In this document: in pieces, positions 43,166-52,015 of the stretch
Layout: each line of letters starts with the position of its first letter
Position numbering within the stretch: the stretch's first letter is position 1
NCBI GenBank assembly: GCA_963822445.1
Contig: CAWGHO010000003.1
Location: forward strand, 128,001 to 192,000
Origin: an uncultured Acidobacteriota bacterium
Lineage (GTDB): Bacteria > Acidobacteriota > Thermoanaerobaculia > Gp7-AA8
Reading direction: 5' to 3'
DNA length: 64,000 nucleotides
Position numbers and translations under genes: made by a program
Notes under the pieces: model-generated
The model's database searches: none
Told to the model about the DNA's origin: nothing
What the model saw: only the letters and a program-made list of their open reading frames with translations

Positions 43166-44135
43166 CGAACACGCCCACGACCAAGAGCGGCGCGATCAGC
43201 ACGTCGATCGGGACGTGGGTCGTGTCGTAGTTCGTGATCTCGTACGGCGGCGGGACGACGGGTCGCTGATCGGGATCCGTGATGAAGAAAAGATCGTCGG
43301 TCCCGGGACGCACGGACGACGTGTCTTCGAATGCCGTGAGCCGCTTTCCTTCGTGCTCCTCACTCCAGTACATCTGCCCCGGCCAGGAAGCGTCGGTGCC
43401 GAGAACGCCGCGGACGCGATCGGGACCGAGAAACCAGACGCGCAACGTCCGCGAGCCCATGGACAGCTCGCCTTGCGATGCGGGCTCGCGGTAGGGGAAG
43501 AACGGCCGGTCGGTGGTGAAAGACATCTTCACCGCGGATGTCTGCGCGGGCGCATCCTGGGTCTTGTCGATCTTGAAAGCGGTGAGGATCCAGCGCTGGG
43601 CGACGTACGCATCCAGCCATTCAGTGAGATCGGGCGTGGTCGCGTACCCGTTGGTGGCCAGCCAGTTCGTGAGGGCGCCGGCGTCGGTCGCGTCGAGAAC
43701 CGCCGCTTCGTAACCGGCCACTTTCTGGATGGAGAGCACCTCCACCGGCGGCGCGGCGGTCACTGCGGCGGTCTCGCCTTTGTGCCTTCCGCGCATCGTC
43801 AGGAGGAGGAGCGGCGTGAAATCCGTTTTCTTCACAGTGACGTTCACCGTCTGCCGCGTGGTTCTTCGCTTCATCTGATCGAAGATGCCGTCATCGACAG
43901 ACGCCAGCGTCGGTGCCGTCGGCGTGGGAACGAGAAATCCGAAGTCGCTGGCCTGGCCCTGGAAGGTCGCCCGGCGGATGAAGTGCTGCGTTTTCGTCGA
44001 CGGCTCCCAGATGATCACCGCCGATTCCTCGACCACGGCGATGCGCTCGCCGGGATGCGGCGCCGGCGCGCATGCGAGCGCCTCACGCGAGCACAGCAGG
44101 GCCGCGAGCACGAACCACGCGCTTGTTTTCCGCAT
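43089..44135 (-). CDS. DUF2330-family exported protein with C-terminal TM + Arg anchor
   Basis: ALACAPA...IIWE...QHFIR...FGFLVPTPTAP, WLATNGY, F.TDRPFFPYREP. Confidence 0.8.
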   Translation of the reverse strand: MRKTSAWFVLAALLCSREALACAPAPHPGERIAVVEESAVIIWEPSTKTQHFIRRATFQGQASDFGFLVPTPTAPTLASVDDGIFDQMKRRTTRQTVNVTVKKTDFTPLLLLTMRGRHKGETAAVTAAPPVEVLSIQKVAGYEAAVLDATDAGALTNWLATNGYATTPDLTEWLDAYVAQRWILTAFKIDKTQDAPAQTSAVKMSFTTDRPFFPYREPASQGELSMGSRTLRVWFLGPDRVRGVLGTDASWPGQMYWSEEHEGKRLTAFEDTSSVRPGTDDLFFITDPDQRPVVPPPYEITNYDTTHVPIDVLIAPLLVVGVFVRRRMRQGRPSTAPRDGSPDRRSDG

Positions 44136-44757
44136 GCGCCGATTCTAAAACGACCATCTCCTCGCAGATCGCGTTCGCTTCCTCGCGCTGATGGGTGACA
44201 TAGACCATCGGAATCGGGAACTCGTCGCGAACGCGCACCAGGTACGCGAGCACGCGCGTGCGCAATTCGACGTCCACTCCCGCGAGCGGCTCGTCGAGCA
44301 ACAGCACCTGCGGTTGGCTGAGCAGCGCCCGCGCGAGCGCGACCCGTTTGCGCTCGCCGCCGGACAGGCGCGTCACACCGCGATCGAGAATCGCCGCGAT
44401 CTCCAGCACCTCGATGACATGCGACGCATCAGTCCCCTTGTCTGCTCCATGGAACGCGCCGTAAAACATGTTCCTGCGCACGGACAGATGAGGAAACAGC
44501 GCATCGTCCTGCGGCACATATCCGACCCGCCGTTCGCGCGGCGGAACGGACACGCGGCCGGCATCGAACACGGACCGTCCCATCAGCTCGATCGTTCCCG
44601 CGGAGGGAGTCCGCAATCCGGCGATCGCTTCGAGCAGCGAGGTCTTTCCCGCGCCCGACGGTCCGTACAGCGCTGTCGTGCGCGCGCGCATCTCCACGGA
44701 AACCTCGAGCTGGTGATGAGCGAGCGGCAGGACGAGATCGCGGATGACGATGCTCAA
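44083..44757 (-). CDS. modC: Molybdate ABC transporter ATPase (short, no TOBE domain)
   Basis: GPSGAGKT, LFPHLSV, LSGGE, LLDEP, VTH; TTG start overlaps the modB stop. Confidence 0.88.
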   Translation of the reverse strand: MSIVIRDLVLPLAHHQLEVSVEMRARTTALYGPSGAGKTSLLEAIAGLRTPSAGTIELMGRSVFDAGRVSVPPRERRVGYVPQDDALFPHLSVRRNMFYGAFHGADKGTDASHVIEVLEIAAILDRGVTRLSGGERKRVALARALLSQPQVLLLDEPLAGVDVELRTRVLAYLVRVRDEFPIPMVYVTHQREEANAICEEMVVLESAHAENKRVVRARGPAVLA

Positions 44758-45428
44758 ACCCGCGCCCCTTTCCGCCGAAGAAACGCCTCGGCGATCCAAA
44801 CCGCGGCGAACGCGATGACCACGGAGATGGCGAGGAGGCGATACGCATCGGCGTCGCGGCCGAGCTGCACGAAGTTGTAGATCGCCAGCGAGAGCGTGGT
44901 GGTGCGGCCGGGGATGTTGCCGGCGACGAGGATCGTCGCGCCGAACTCGCCGATCGCCCGCGCGAACGCGAGCAGCATTCCGCTGACGATGCCGCGCGCG
45001 GCCAGCGGCACGGTGATGGTGACGAAAACGCGCGCGTCGCGCGCACCGAGCGTTCGCGCGATCTGCTCGAGCCGCGGATCGACTTCCTCGAACGCGACCC
45101 GCGCCGCACGCACGAGCAGCGGGAACGACATGACCATCATCGCCACCACCACTGCGCGCCAGGTGAAGACGATGTCGAGAGCGAACGTGCGGTGCAGCCA
45201 GCCGCCGAGGGGACCGCGGCGGCCGAGAAGCTCGAGCAGGATCAGGCCGCTCGCAACCGGCGGCATGACCAGCGGCAACGCCACGAAGGTCTCGACCAGC
45301 GATTTGCCGGGCCACGATTTGCGCGCGAGCAGCCAGGCCACGGCCAGCCCCGGCGACACGATGAGCAGCGTTGCCAGCGCGGCCGTGCGCAGGGTCAGTC
45401 CGAGGATCTGCCACTCGCTCGCGGTCAC
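44754..45428 (-). CDS. modB: Molybdate ABC transporter permease
   Basis: LPLVMPPV, EQIARTLG, FARAIGEFGATI, AGNIPGRT. Confidence 0.93.
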   Translation of the reverse strand: MTASEWQILGLTLRTAALATLLIVSPGLAVAWLLARKSWPGKSLVETFVALPLVMPPVASGLILLELLGRRGPLGGWLHRTFALDIVFTWRAVVVAMMVMSFPLLVRAARVAFEEVDPRLEQIARTLGARDARVFVTITVPLAARGIVSGMLLAFARAIGEFGATILVAGNIPGRTTTLSLAIYNFVQLGRDADAYRLLAISVVIAFAAVWIAEAFLRRKGARV

Positions 45429-46108
45429 CGGATCAGGAACCCATGTTTCGCGAAGATGGACAGCGCCTCTTTCGATCGGAGATGCGCGAGAAACCGCCGC
45501 GCGCCGGCCGGATTTTCGGCATCACGCAGCACGGCGAACGGATAAGAGATCGCGGGCCCATCGCCGCGCGGCACTTCGAACGCGAACGCGCCTTTCGCGT
45601 CGGTCTTGTAGACGATCGCCGCTTCGACATTGCCCGACTGCACCGCCGCCAGCGCGGCCCGGACGTTTTCCGTGGGAATGACCCTCGGCGCGATCGCCTC
45701 CCACAGCCCGATCTTCGTCAGGTACTGCTTCGCGTAAATGCCCGCGGGCACGCTCGAGGGCTCGGCGAGTGCGACCTTCTTTCCGACGAGATCGCGCGGC
45801 GACCGGACGTTGGCTCCGACGATCACCAACGTATTCGAAAGGACGCTCACGCGCTCGGTCACTACGACCAGGTCCATCTTCGCTTCATCCGCAGAAAGGA
45901 AAAGATCCGCGGGCGCGCCGCGCTCGATCTGCCGCGCCAGCGTGCTCGATGCGCCGAAGTTGAACACGACTCGTTCGCCGGTCCGCCGTTCGTACGCCGC
46001 ACCGATCTCGGTCAGCGCATCAGTGAGGCTCGCCGCGGCAAGGACCCGCACCTCGGAACCCCGCACGCACGAGGTGAGGAGCAAGAGAGTGAGAAGGTCG
46101 CGCAGCAT
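45425..46108 (-). CDS. modA: Molybdate-binding lipoprotein
   Basis: AAASL, FGASSTLARQIERGAPADLFLSA, VPAGIYA, NVRAAL, VYKTDA. Confidence 0.93.
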   Translation of the reverse strand: MLRDLLTLLLLTSCVRGSEVRVLAAASLTDALTEIGAAYERRTGERVVFNFGASSTLARQIERGAPADLFLSADEAKMDLVVVTERVSVLSNTLVIVGANVRSPRDLVGKKVALAEPSSVPAGIYAKQYLTKIGLWEAIAPRVIPTENVRAALAAVQSGNVEAAIVYKTDAKGAFAFEVPRGDGPAISYPFAVLRDAENPAGARRFLAHLRSKEALSIFAKHGFLIR

Positions 46109-46109
46109 G

Positions 46110-46135
46110 CCGATATCTTCGGCGGAGTATATCGG
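46110..46135. promoter_or_regulatory. ModE-box-like palindrome immediately upstream of modA
   Basis: CCGATAT-CTTCGGCGGAGT-ATATCGG; CG-to-CG span of 24 bp as in the E. coli modA ModE site; overlaps a TATACT -10-like hexamer. Confidence 0.65.
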
Positions 46136-46136
46136 A

Positions 46137-46628
46137 TCAGTTGCAACCCGGCCCCTCGGTCACCGATTCGAAGGCGAAGGCAACGCCTGTCGCGGAACGC
46201 GGTACCGCGACCACATGAACGGGACGCGCCACCACCGCGGGACAACTGCAGCTCGGCGGTGATCGCGTCTCTTTCACATCAACCAGCAGCTCGCCGGAAC
46301 CGCGGCGCCGTACATCGTCGACCCGCACGCTTTTGCACGCATCGGGCGTGTCGCCGAGGGCGACGAAGATCAGGATGTTGCGATCGAAGTCGACGGCGGG
46401 GATGGGCGGCTTCGGAGAACGGTTGGAGACGATCTCCGCCCACATCTGCTCCCAGAGGTCCTGGCGTGAGATCAGCTGGGCGCGCCGTTCCCGGACGCCG
46501 GTGATCTGCTCGCGATGCACGGTCACGAACGGGACGATGGTGTCCGGACCGGTGGGGGAGGAATCGGAGCCGCTGTTACAGGATGCGAGGAGGAGAAGCG
46601 CGGTGGCGATCAGGGTTCCGGTGCGCAT
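46137..46628 (-). CDS. Lipoprotein, PrcB C-terminal-like domain
   Basis: Lipobox LASC; PAVDFDRNILIFVALG...CSCPAVVARPVHVVAVPR. Confidence 0.7.
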   Translation of the reverse strand: MRTGTLIATALLLLASCNSGSDSSPTGPDTIVPFVTVHREQITGVRERRAQLISRQDLWEQMWAEIVSNRSPKPPIPAVDFDRNILIFVALGDTPDACKSVRVDDVRRRGSGELLVDVKETRSPPSCSCPAVVARPVHVVAVPRSATGVAFAFESVTEGPGCN

Positions 46629-46637
46629 GAATGGATG

Positions 46638-46985
46638 TTACGGCAGCTCGTTCTGCATCTGCTCCCACTCGCGCGTGATCGCGCGGTCGGCTTTCCTCTC
46701 CATCCTCCGGTAGAGCTCGAGCACCTTGCGACCGTGTGCTGTGAGGTGCGCGCCGCCTTGCGCCGATCCGCCGCGTTCCTTCTCCACGAGCGGCGAGCGG
46801 AAGGCCGCGTTCATGGTGCGGATCAGCGTCCACGCGCGCATGTACGACATGCCCAATTCTTCGGCGGCGGCGCGAATGGAGCCGCTGCGCGCCACCGCGT
46901 CGAGAAGGTCGGCCTTCCCCGGGCCCATCACGATCGTGCCTTCGGCATCGACGATCCGGATGCGCGGTTTGATCGAGTGCGGCAC
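46638..46985 (-). CDS. modE: ModE-type winged-helix regulator (N-terminal domain only)
   Basis: MGPGKADLLDAV...GSIRAAAEELGMSYMRAW...RGG...GGAHLT. Confidence 0.88.
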   Translation of the reverse strand: MPHSIKPRIRIVDAEGTIVMGPGKADLLDAVARSGSIRAAAEELGMSYMRAWTLIRTMNAAFRSPLVEKERGGSAQGGAHLTAHGRKVLELYRRMERKADRAITREWEQMQNELP

Positions 46986-47011
46986 GGCGACCGATGATAG
47001 AAGATGTACCG

Positions 47012-47407
47012 ATGCGCCGGGCTTCGATCGTCCTCGCCCTTCTCCTTTCCGCATGCGCGACGGTTCAGCCGTACGTCTCCGTGCCCGTCCTCGCCGACCG
47101 GCTGTTTTGCGGCCTGTCGATTCCGGGCGGCGGCGAGGTGACGGAAGCGGAATGGCGCGCGTTCGTGGCCGAGGAAGTGACGCCGCGATTTCCGGACGGT
47201 CTCAGCATCTGGCGCGCGGAAGGGCAGTGGCGCGGCGCGGACGGCGTGATCGTGCGCGAGCCCACTCTGATCATCGAGATCTTTCACGACCATGACGTAC
47301 GCATCGATCGCAAGATCGTGGAGATCGCCGAAGCGTACAAAACACGTTTCCGGCAGGAGTCGGTGCTGCGTGTGACCATGCCCGCGCGGATGGAATTCAT
47401 CGATTAG
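47012..47407 (+). CDS. DUF3574-family lipoprotein
   Basis: Lipobox LSAC; EVTPRFPDGL...GQWRG...YKTRFRQESVLR. Confidence 0.85.
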   Translation: MRRASIVLALLLSACATVQPYVSVPVLADRLFCGLSIPGGGEVTEAEWRAFVAEEVTPRFPDGLSIWRAEGQWRGADGVIVREPTLIIEIFHDHDVRIDRKIVEIAEAYKTRFRQESVLRVTMPARMEFID

Positions 47408-47413
47408 AAGCTG

Positions 47414-47513
47414 GCCGGCGGGACGCCGGCGCACCAGCCGGCGAGGACGCCAGCGCTCCAACGAATCGGAGCGCCGCCGGCTCGGCGGCTGGTCCGCCGG
47501 CGTCCCGCCGGCC
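47414..47513. repeat. Paired inverted REP-like elements (second family)
   Basis: gccggcgggacgccggc...gcgctcc / ggagcgc...gccggcgtcccgccggc. Confidence 0.8.
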
Positions 47514-47540
47514 CACGCACACGCTATCCTGTCCACTCCC

Positions 47541-50099
47541 TTGCGATTAGGCATCAATGATCGAGTCGGGCCGTACGTGGTCCTCGGTCCGCTCGGATCG
47601 GGCGGGATGGGCGAGGTCTATCGCGCGCGAGATGCCCGCCTCGGCCGCGACATCGCCCTGAAGATCCTGCCGACCGACCTCGCCAGCAACCCCGAGGCTT
47701 TGCGGCGGTTCGAGATCGAGGCGCGGGCGGCCTCGGCGCTCAACCATCCCAACATCGTCACCATCTACGAGATCGAGCGCGAAGACTCGATGGCCTGGAT
47801 CGCCATGGAGCTCATCGAAGGCGACGATCTCGCCTCGGTCCTGGACCGCGATCCGATGTCGATCAAGAACGCGCTGCGCATCGCGCTGAAGATCGCCGAC
47901 GGCCTCGCGTCGGCGCACGAGCGTGGAATCGTCCATCGCGATCTGAAGCCCGACAACATCATGATCACGCGCGACGGCTTCGTGAAGATCCTCGACTTCG
48001 GCCTGGCCAAGCAGATCCGCATGCTGTCGTCGAACGACACCACCGTCCCGCACACGTCGCCGGGCGCGGTGTTCGGGACTGTCGGCTACATGGCGCCGGA
48101 GATGGCGGCGGGACGCGAGACCGACTATCGCTCCGACCAGTTCGCGTTCGGCGTGATCCTTTACGAGCTGCTCACGCGGCGGCGCCCGTTCGATCGCGAG
48201 ACCAAGCCGGAGACGATGACCGCGATCATCCGCGAGGATCCGCCGCCGCCTTCCTCGAGCCATCACGAGATCCCCGACGAGCTCGATCGCCTGGTGATGC
48301 GCTGCCTGCAGAAAGAGCCGCGCGCGCGATACGCATCGACGCGCGACCTCGCCCACGATCTTCGCGAGATCCGCGACCGCTTCACCCACGGCTGGACGAC
48401 CGCTCGCAGCGCGAAAGCGTCGACGATGAAGAGACCGCGATCGGGGACGATGGTCGCCGCGGCCCTCATCGCCATCGCCGTGCTGGGCAGCGCGTTCGCG
48501 CTCTGGTACCGGCATCGCGTCCAGACGCGGCAGAGCGTTCAGTCGCTGGCGGTGATGCCGTTCCGCGATCTCTCGGCGAGCGCGGAAGGTCGCATGCTCG
48601 CGGATGGAATTTCTGAGATGGTCGCCGCGCGTCTGGCGGAAGTGCGCGACATCCGCGTGTCGCCGCCATTCGAAGGTGCTCCCGTCGAAGGCGATGACGT
48701 GCCGGCGGTCGCGCGGCGCAAAGGTGTTTCCGCGGTCGTGCGCGGCAGCGTGCAGCGCAGCGGGAATGACGTGCGCGTCACGTACTCGCTAGTCGACGCG
48801 GAAGGCGGGATTCTCGCCAGCGGCAGCGCCACGCGCGCGGCCACGGATCTGTTCGCACTCGAAGATGCGGTGGCTGACGACCTCCTCGGAAAACTCGGAC
48901 GTCAGGCTCCCGCGCGCCGCCAGACCGCGTCGGCGACACTCGGCCCGCAGGATCAGCAGCGCTTCGTCGAAGCGGTCGGGTTGATGCGGCGCATGCAGGA
49001 CGAACAGAGTATCGACCGCGCCATCACGACGCTCGAGAGTGTGCTGCGCAACACACGCGACTCCGCCGCGGTGAATGCCCTGCTCGCGCGAGCGTTGCTC
49101 TACAAGGCTTCGCTGGCGCGGCGGCCGGCGCTGATCGAACAGGCCATGGTGTACGCGACGCGCGGCGCGGCGTTGGAACCGAATGACCCCGAGAGTCACG
49201 TGACCCTCGGCAAGCTTCACAACGCATCGGGCCGCAGCACAGACGCCGTGCGCTCGTTCGAGCGCGCGCTGACCCTCCATCCGGACCGGCCGGAAGCCAT
49301 GGTCGGCCTCGCCGAGGCTTACGAGGCGATGGGGCGGGTCAGCGATGCCGAGGCGATGTATCGGAAGACGATTGCGCTGCGGCCGGATGACGTGGGTGCG
49401 CTGATGTCGTTCGGCGGCTTCTGTTACGCACAGGGACGTCATGAAGAAGCGGCGACACAATTTCGCCGCGCCACCGATCTCCTGCCGAATTTCTCGCAGG
49501 CTTGGGCGAACCTCAGCGGGACGCTGCACGCGCTCGGTCGGTACGACGAGGCACTGGCCGCTTCGAAGAAATCGATCGACATCAAACCGACCGCCGTCGG
49601 ATGGTCGAATCTGGGAACGCTCCAATTCACGCTCGGGCGGTACGACGACGCGCGGCGGTCGTATGAGAAGGCGACACAGCTGGCGTCGTCCGATCCCGTC
49701 TTCTGGATGAATCTTGGCGACGCGCGGCGCGCCTCGAAATCGCCTGATGCGAACGATGCGTATGCGCGCGCGATCGCGGCCTCGCGCGACGCGCTCACGC
49801 TGAATCCGAAAGACGCGCGAACGCGAGCGCGCATCGCCTTGTGTCTTGCCAAGAGCGATCAGGCGGCCGAGGCGCAGGAGGAGATCCGGCGCGCGCTGGA
49901 GATCGATCCGACCAATCCGCAGGTGCTCTACAACGCCGCCATCGTGAGCGCGTTGCGCGGCAACAGCGACGGAGCGATCTCCTGGCTCGAGCGCGCGATC
50001 GCGAATGGATATCCGGCGGTCGAGGCTTCGCGCGATCCGGACCTGACGTCACTGCGGAATCTGCCCTCATTCATAAGTGCCGTAAAATCCGGCTCGTAG
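47541..50099 (+). CDS. Hanks-type Ser/Thr kinase - TM - TolB_N-like - TPR
   Basis: GSGGMGEVY, HRDLKPDN, DFG, YMAPE; TM helix; SLAVMPF; TPR repeats. Confidence 0.93.
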   Translation: MRLGINDRVGPYVVLGPLGSGGMGEVYRARDARLGRDIALKILPTDLASNPEALRRFEIEARAASALNHPNIVTIYEIEREDSMAWIAMELIEGDDLASVLDRDPMSIKNALRIALKIADGLASAHERGIVHRDLKPDNIMITRDGFVKILDFGLAKQIRMLSSNDTTVPHTSPGAVFGTVGYMAPEMAAGRETDYRSDQFAFGVILYELLTRRRPFDRETKPETMTAIIREDPPPPSSSHHEIPDELDRLVMRCLQKEPRARYASTRDLAHDLREIRDRFTHGWTTARSAKASTMKRPRSGTMVAAALIAIAVLGSAFALWYRHRVQTRQSVQSLAVMPFRDLSASAEGRMLADGISEMVAARLAEVRDIRVSPPFEGAPVEGDDVPAVARRKGVSAVVRGSVQRSGNDVRVTYSLVDAEGGILASGSATRAATDLFALEDAVADDLLGKLGRQAPARRQTASATLGPQDQQRFVEAVGLMRRMQDEQSIDRAITTLESVLRNTRDSAAVNALLARALLYKASLARRPALIEQAMVYATRGAALEPNDPESHVTLGKLHNASGRSTDAVRSFERALTLHPDRPEAMVGLAEAYEAMGRVSDAEAMYRKTIALRPDDVGALMSFGGFCYAQGRHEEAATQFRRATDLLPNFSQAWANLSGTLHALGRYDEALAASKKSIDIKPTAVGWSNLGTLQFTLGRYDDARRSYEKATQLASSDPVFWMNLGDARRASKSPDANDAYARAIAASRDALTLNPKDARTRARIALCLAKSDQAAEAQEEIRRALEIDPTNPQVLYNAAIVSALRGNSDGAISWLERAIANGYPAVEASRDPDLTSLRNLPSFISAVKSGS

Positions 50100-50116
50100 C
50101 TCACAGAGGAGGGTTC

Positions 50117-50590
50117 ATGACCAGGTTGCGCATGCTTCTCGTCATCCTCGCGTCCGCAGGCTTGATCTCCACCTGCGCATCCCCGTCCGGCACGCGCCCG
50201 GCGCCTCATCCCCTCGGGCCATGCGGCGTCGCGGTCGCGCATCCCGATCGGCCCATCATCTGCGTCGATGATTCGTCCGAAGTGCTGCGGGTGAGACCCG
50301 ATCCGGTTCTCTTTCACGACGTCGTTTCCGACAGCAAAGGGATGTCGCCGGGCATCCTCTGGTTCACGCGATCCGGCAGAGGCGATCTCGAGATCCGCTT
50401 CCGCGATCAGGGCTGCGTGCGCGACATCAGGTGCAACGGCAGCAAATGCTTCGGCGCCGCCGCGCGCCTGGACAGCGTGCAGGATCGAAAGGTCTGCAAG
50501 TACGACGTCCTGCTGAGCGGCCATCCAACACTCGATCCGGAGACGGTCATCGTCCGTTGTTGCACGCTGGAGGGGACTGGCGGCGACTAG
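50117..50590 (+). CDS. Small Cys-rich exported protein or lipoprotein
   Basis: GGAGG RBS; hydrophobic signal ending ISTC; 9 Cys; C-terminal KYDV...LDPE. Confidence 0.7.
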   Translation: MTRLRMLLVILASAGLISTCASPSGTRPAPHPLGPCGVAVAHPDRPIICVDDSSEVLRVRPDPVLFHDVVSDSKGMSPGILWFTRSGRGDLEIRFRDQGCVRDIRCNGSKCFGAAARLDSVQDRKVCKYDVLLSGHPTLDPETVIVRCCTLEGTGGD

Positions 50591-51725
50591 GCCGCGGCAT
50601 CCGCACTTTGCTCGCCCCGCACAATCCTGCGTGACGTTCGAGGGCGTCGCTGATGTCGATCGCGGCGCCCTCTTCTTCCATCCAGATCTTCGACACCAGC
50701 ATCGTTTCCTTCTCGACGCGCGCTTCAATGCGTCCGATGAGGCGATCGCGATGGAGCAGTGGACAGACGTACCAGCCCCAGCGCCGTTGCTTCGCCGGTT
50801 TGTAGACCTCCCAGACGTATTCGAAGTCGAAGATGAATCGCACCAGCTCGCGGTCCCAGATCAGGGGATCGAGCGGACCGAGAATGCGCACGCGGTCGTC
50901 GTAGGTGACGCGTCGTTTGTCGAAGAACGAGGGGATGGCGAGATAGCGGCGCGGCGAGTCTTCGATCGCGACTTCGATCAATTCGCCGGCTTCGATCAAC
51001 TCCGGGATCAACGGCGACGTGCGCACGGTGCTGAGCATCGACCACATCGCGCCGCCGGCGCGGGTGAGCAGGCCCGCCGCCTTCGCGCGTTCGAGCACGG
51101 CCCAACGGGAAAAGTCGCCATCGGCTTCTTCGAGTGTGCCGAGAGCGCGTTCGGGAATGTCATAGAGCTTCGCGCCTGATTCGGTGCGTCCGGCGACAAC
51201 GACGTCGCAGAGCGTCCAGAGAATGTCCAGGGCCATCGTCGTTGCCTTGGCGGTGCTCTTCCAGCCGCTCCAGTTCATCGGCTCGACCGTGCCGTGATCG
51301 GTGAGCTGCGCGGCGGTGATGGGTCCCTTCTCGCGAATCTCGTCGAATACAGCGCGCAACACTTTCGGCGGGATGCGCTCCTCGCGCTCGCCGTGACGCC
51401 ACCACGGCGTCTGCGCGAGGTGGCCCTGTTTGCGATAGCGCGGAAATGAGCTCGCGGGAAGGATGCAACGCTCTTTCGCGAAATGCTCGAAGGCGTGGCG
51501 GGGGAAGAGATGCCGCCACACGTCGCCGCGGCAGACGCCGTCGACGCGGGCCATGACCACGAGGTCGGCGTTGGTACCGATGACGTCGAGCGGATCGAGC
51601 TGAATGCAGCGAAGGCGTTCGAGCACCGCGCGCGTGCCACGCGCTCCGCGGCCGGCGACGCGGTTGAGCCCGAGATGGGAGATCAGCAGGCGGCGCGCTT
51701 CGGCGCGGGAGATCGTGACGGGCAC
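50547..51725 (-). CDS. YcaQ/AlkZ-family (HTH_42) crosslink-repair DNA glycosylase
   Basis: IQLDP (QxD), LGPLDPLIWDR, FEYVWEVYKP..QRRWGWY. Confidence 0.88.
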   Translation of the reverse strand: MPVTISRAEARRLLISHLGLNRVAGRGARGTRAVLERLRCIQLDPLDVIGTNADLVVMARVDGVCRGDVWRHLFPRHAFEHFAKERCILPASSFPRYRKQGHLAQTPWWRHGEREERIPPKVLRAVFDEIREKGPITAAQLTDHGTVEPMNWSGWKSTAKATTMALDILWTLCDVVVAGRTESGAKLYDIPERALGTLEEADGDFSRWAVLERAKAAGLLTRAGGAMWSMLSTVRTSPLIPELIEAGELIEVAIEDSPRRYLAIPSFFDKRRVTYDDRVRILGPLDPLIWDRELVRFIFDFEYVWEVYKPAKQRRWGWYVCPLLHRDRLIGRIEARVEKETMLVSKIWMEEEGAAIDISDALERHAGLCGASKVRMPRPSRRQSPPACNNGR

Positions 51726-51748
51726 GGCCGCAGAGTATGGCGAAAAAC

Positions 51749-51764
51749 AGGCCCGTCGGTTGCA
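51749..51764 (+). promoter_or_regulatory. Possible sigma54 promoter
   Basis: AGGCCCG-TCGG-TTGCA with GG-N10-GC spacing, about 30 nt before ATG 51794. Confidence 0.5.
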
Positions 51765-51793
51765 CTAAATGACTGCGCTGAAAGGAGATCAAC

Positions 51794-51970
51794 ATGCCTG
51801 GTAAACGAGAGCTGATCGAGCCGACCAAGGGTGACAAACGCTACGTTCGTCGCGACTCCGAGGGCCGCTTCAGCGAGGTTGAAGACGTCGGGCGCTCCAG
51901 CGCGCAGGACCAGAAACGGTCCGCGAAAACCAAGTCGAAATCCGGCCACGGCGATCGCGGCGACAGGTAG
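51794..51970 (+). CDS. 58-aa hydrophilic small protein (absent from the ORF track)
   Basis: AAGGAG RBS; MPGKRELIEPTKGDKRYVRRDSEGRFSEVEDVGRSSAQDQKRSAKTKSKSGHGDRGDR. Confidence 0.8.
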   Translation: MPGKRELIEPTKGDKRYVRRDSEGRFSEVEDVGRSSAQDQKRSAKTKSKSGHGDRGDR

Positions 51971-52015
51971 GGGAAATCGGCTACCTGTGCTCTCCTTTAG
52001 CGGAGGAGGGCAACC

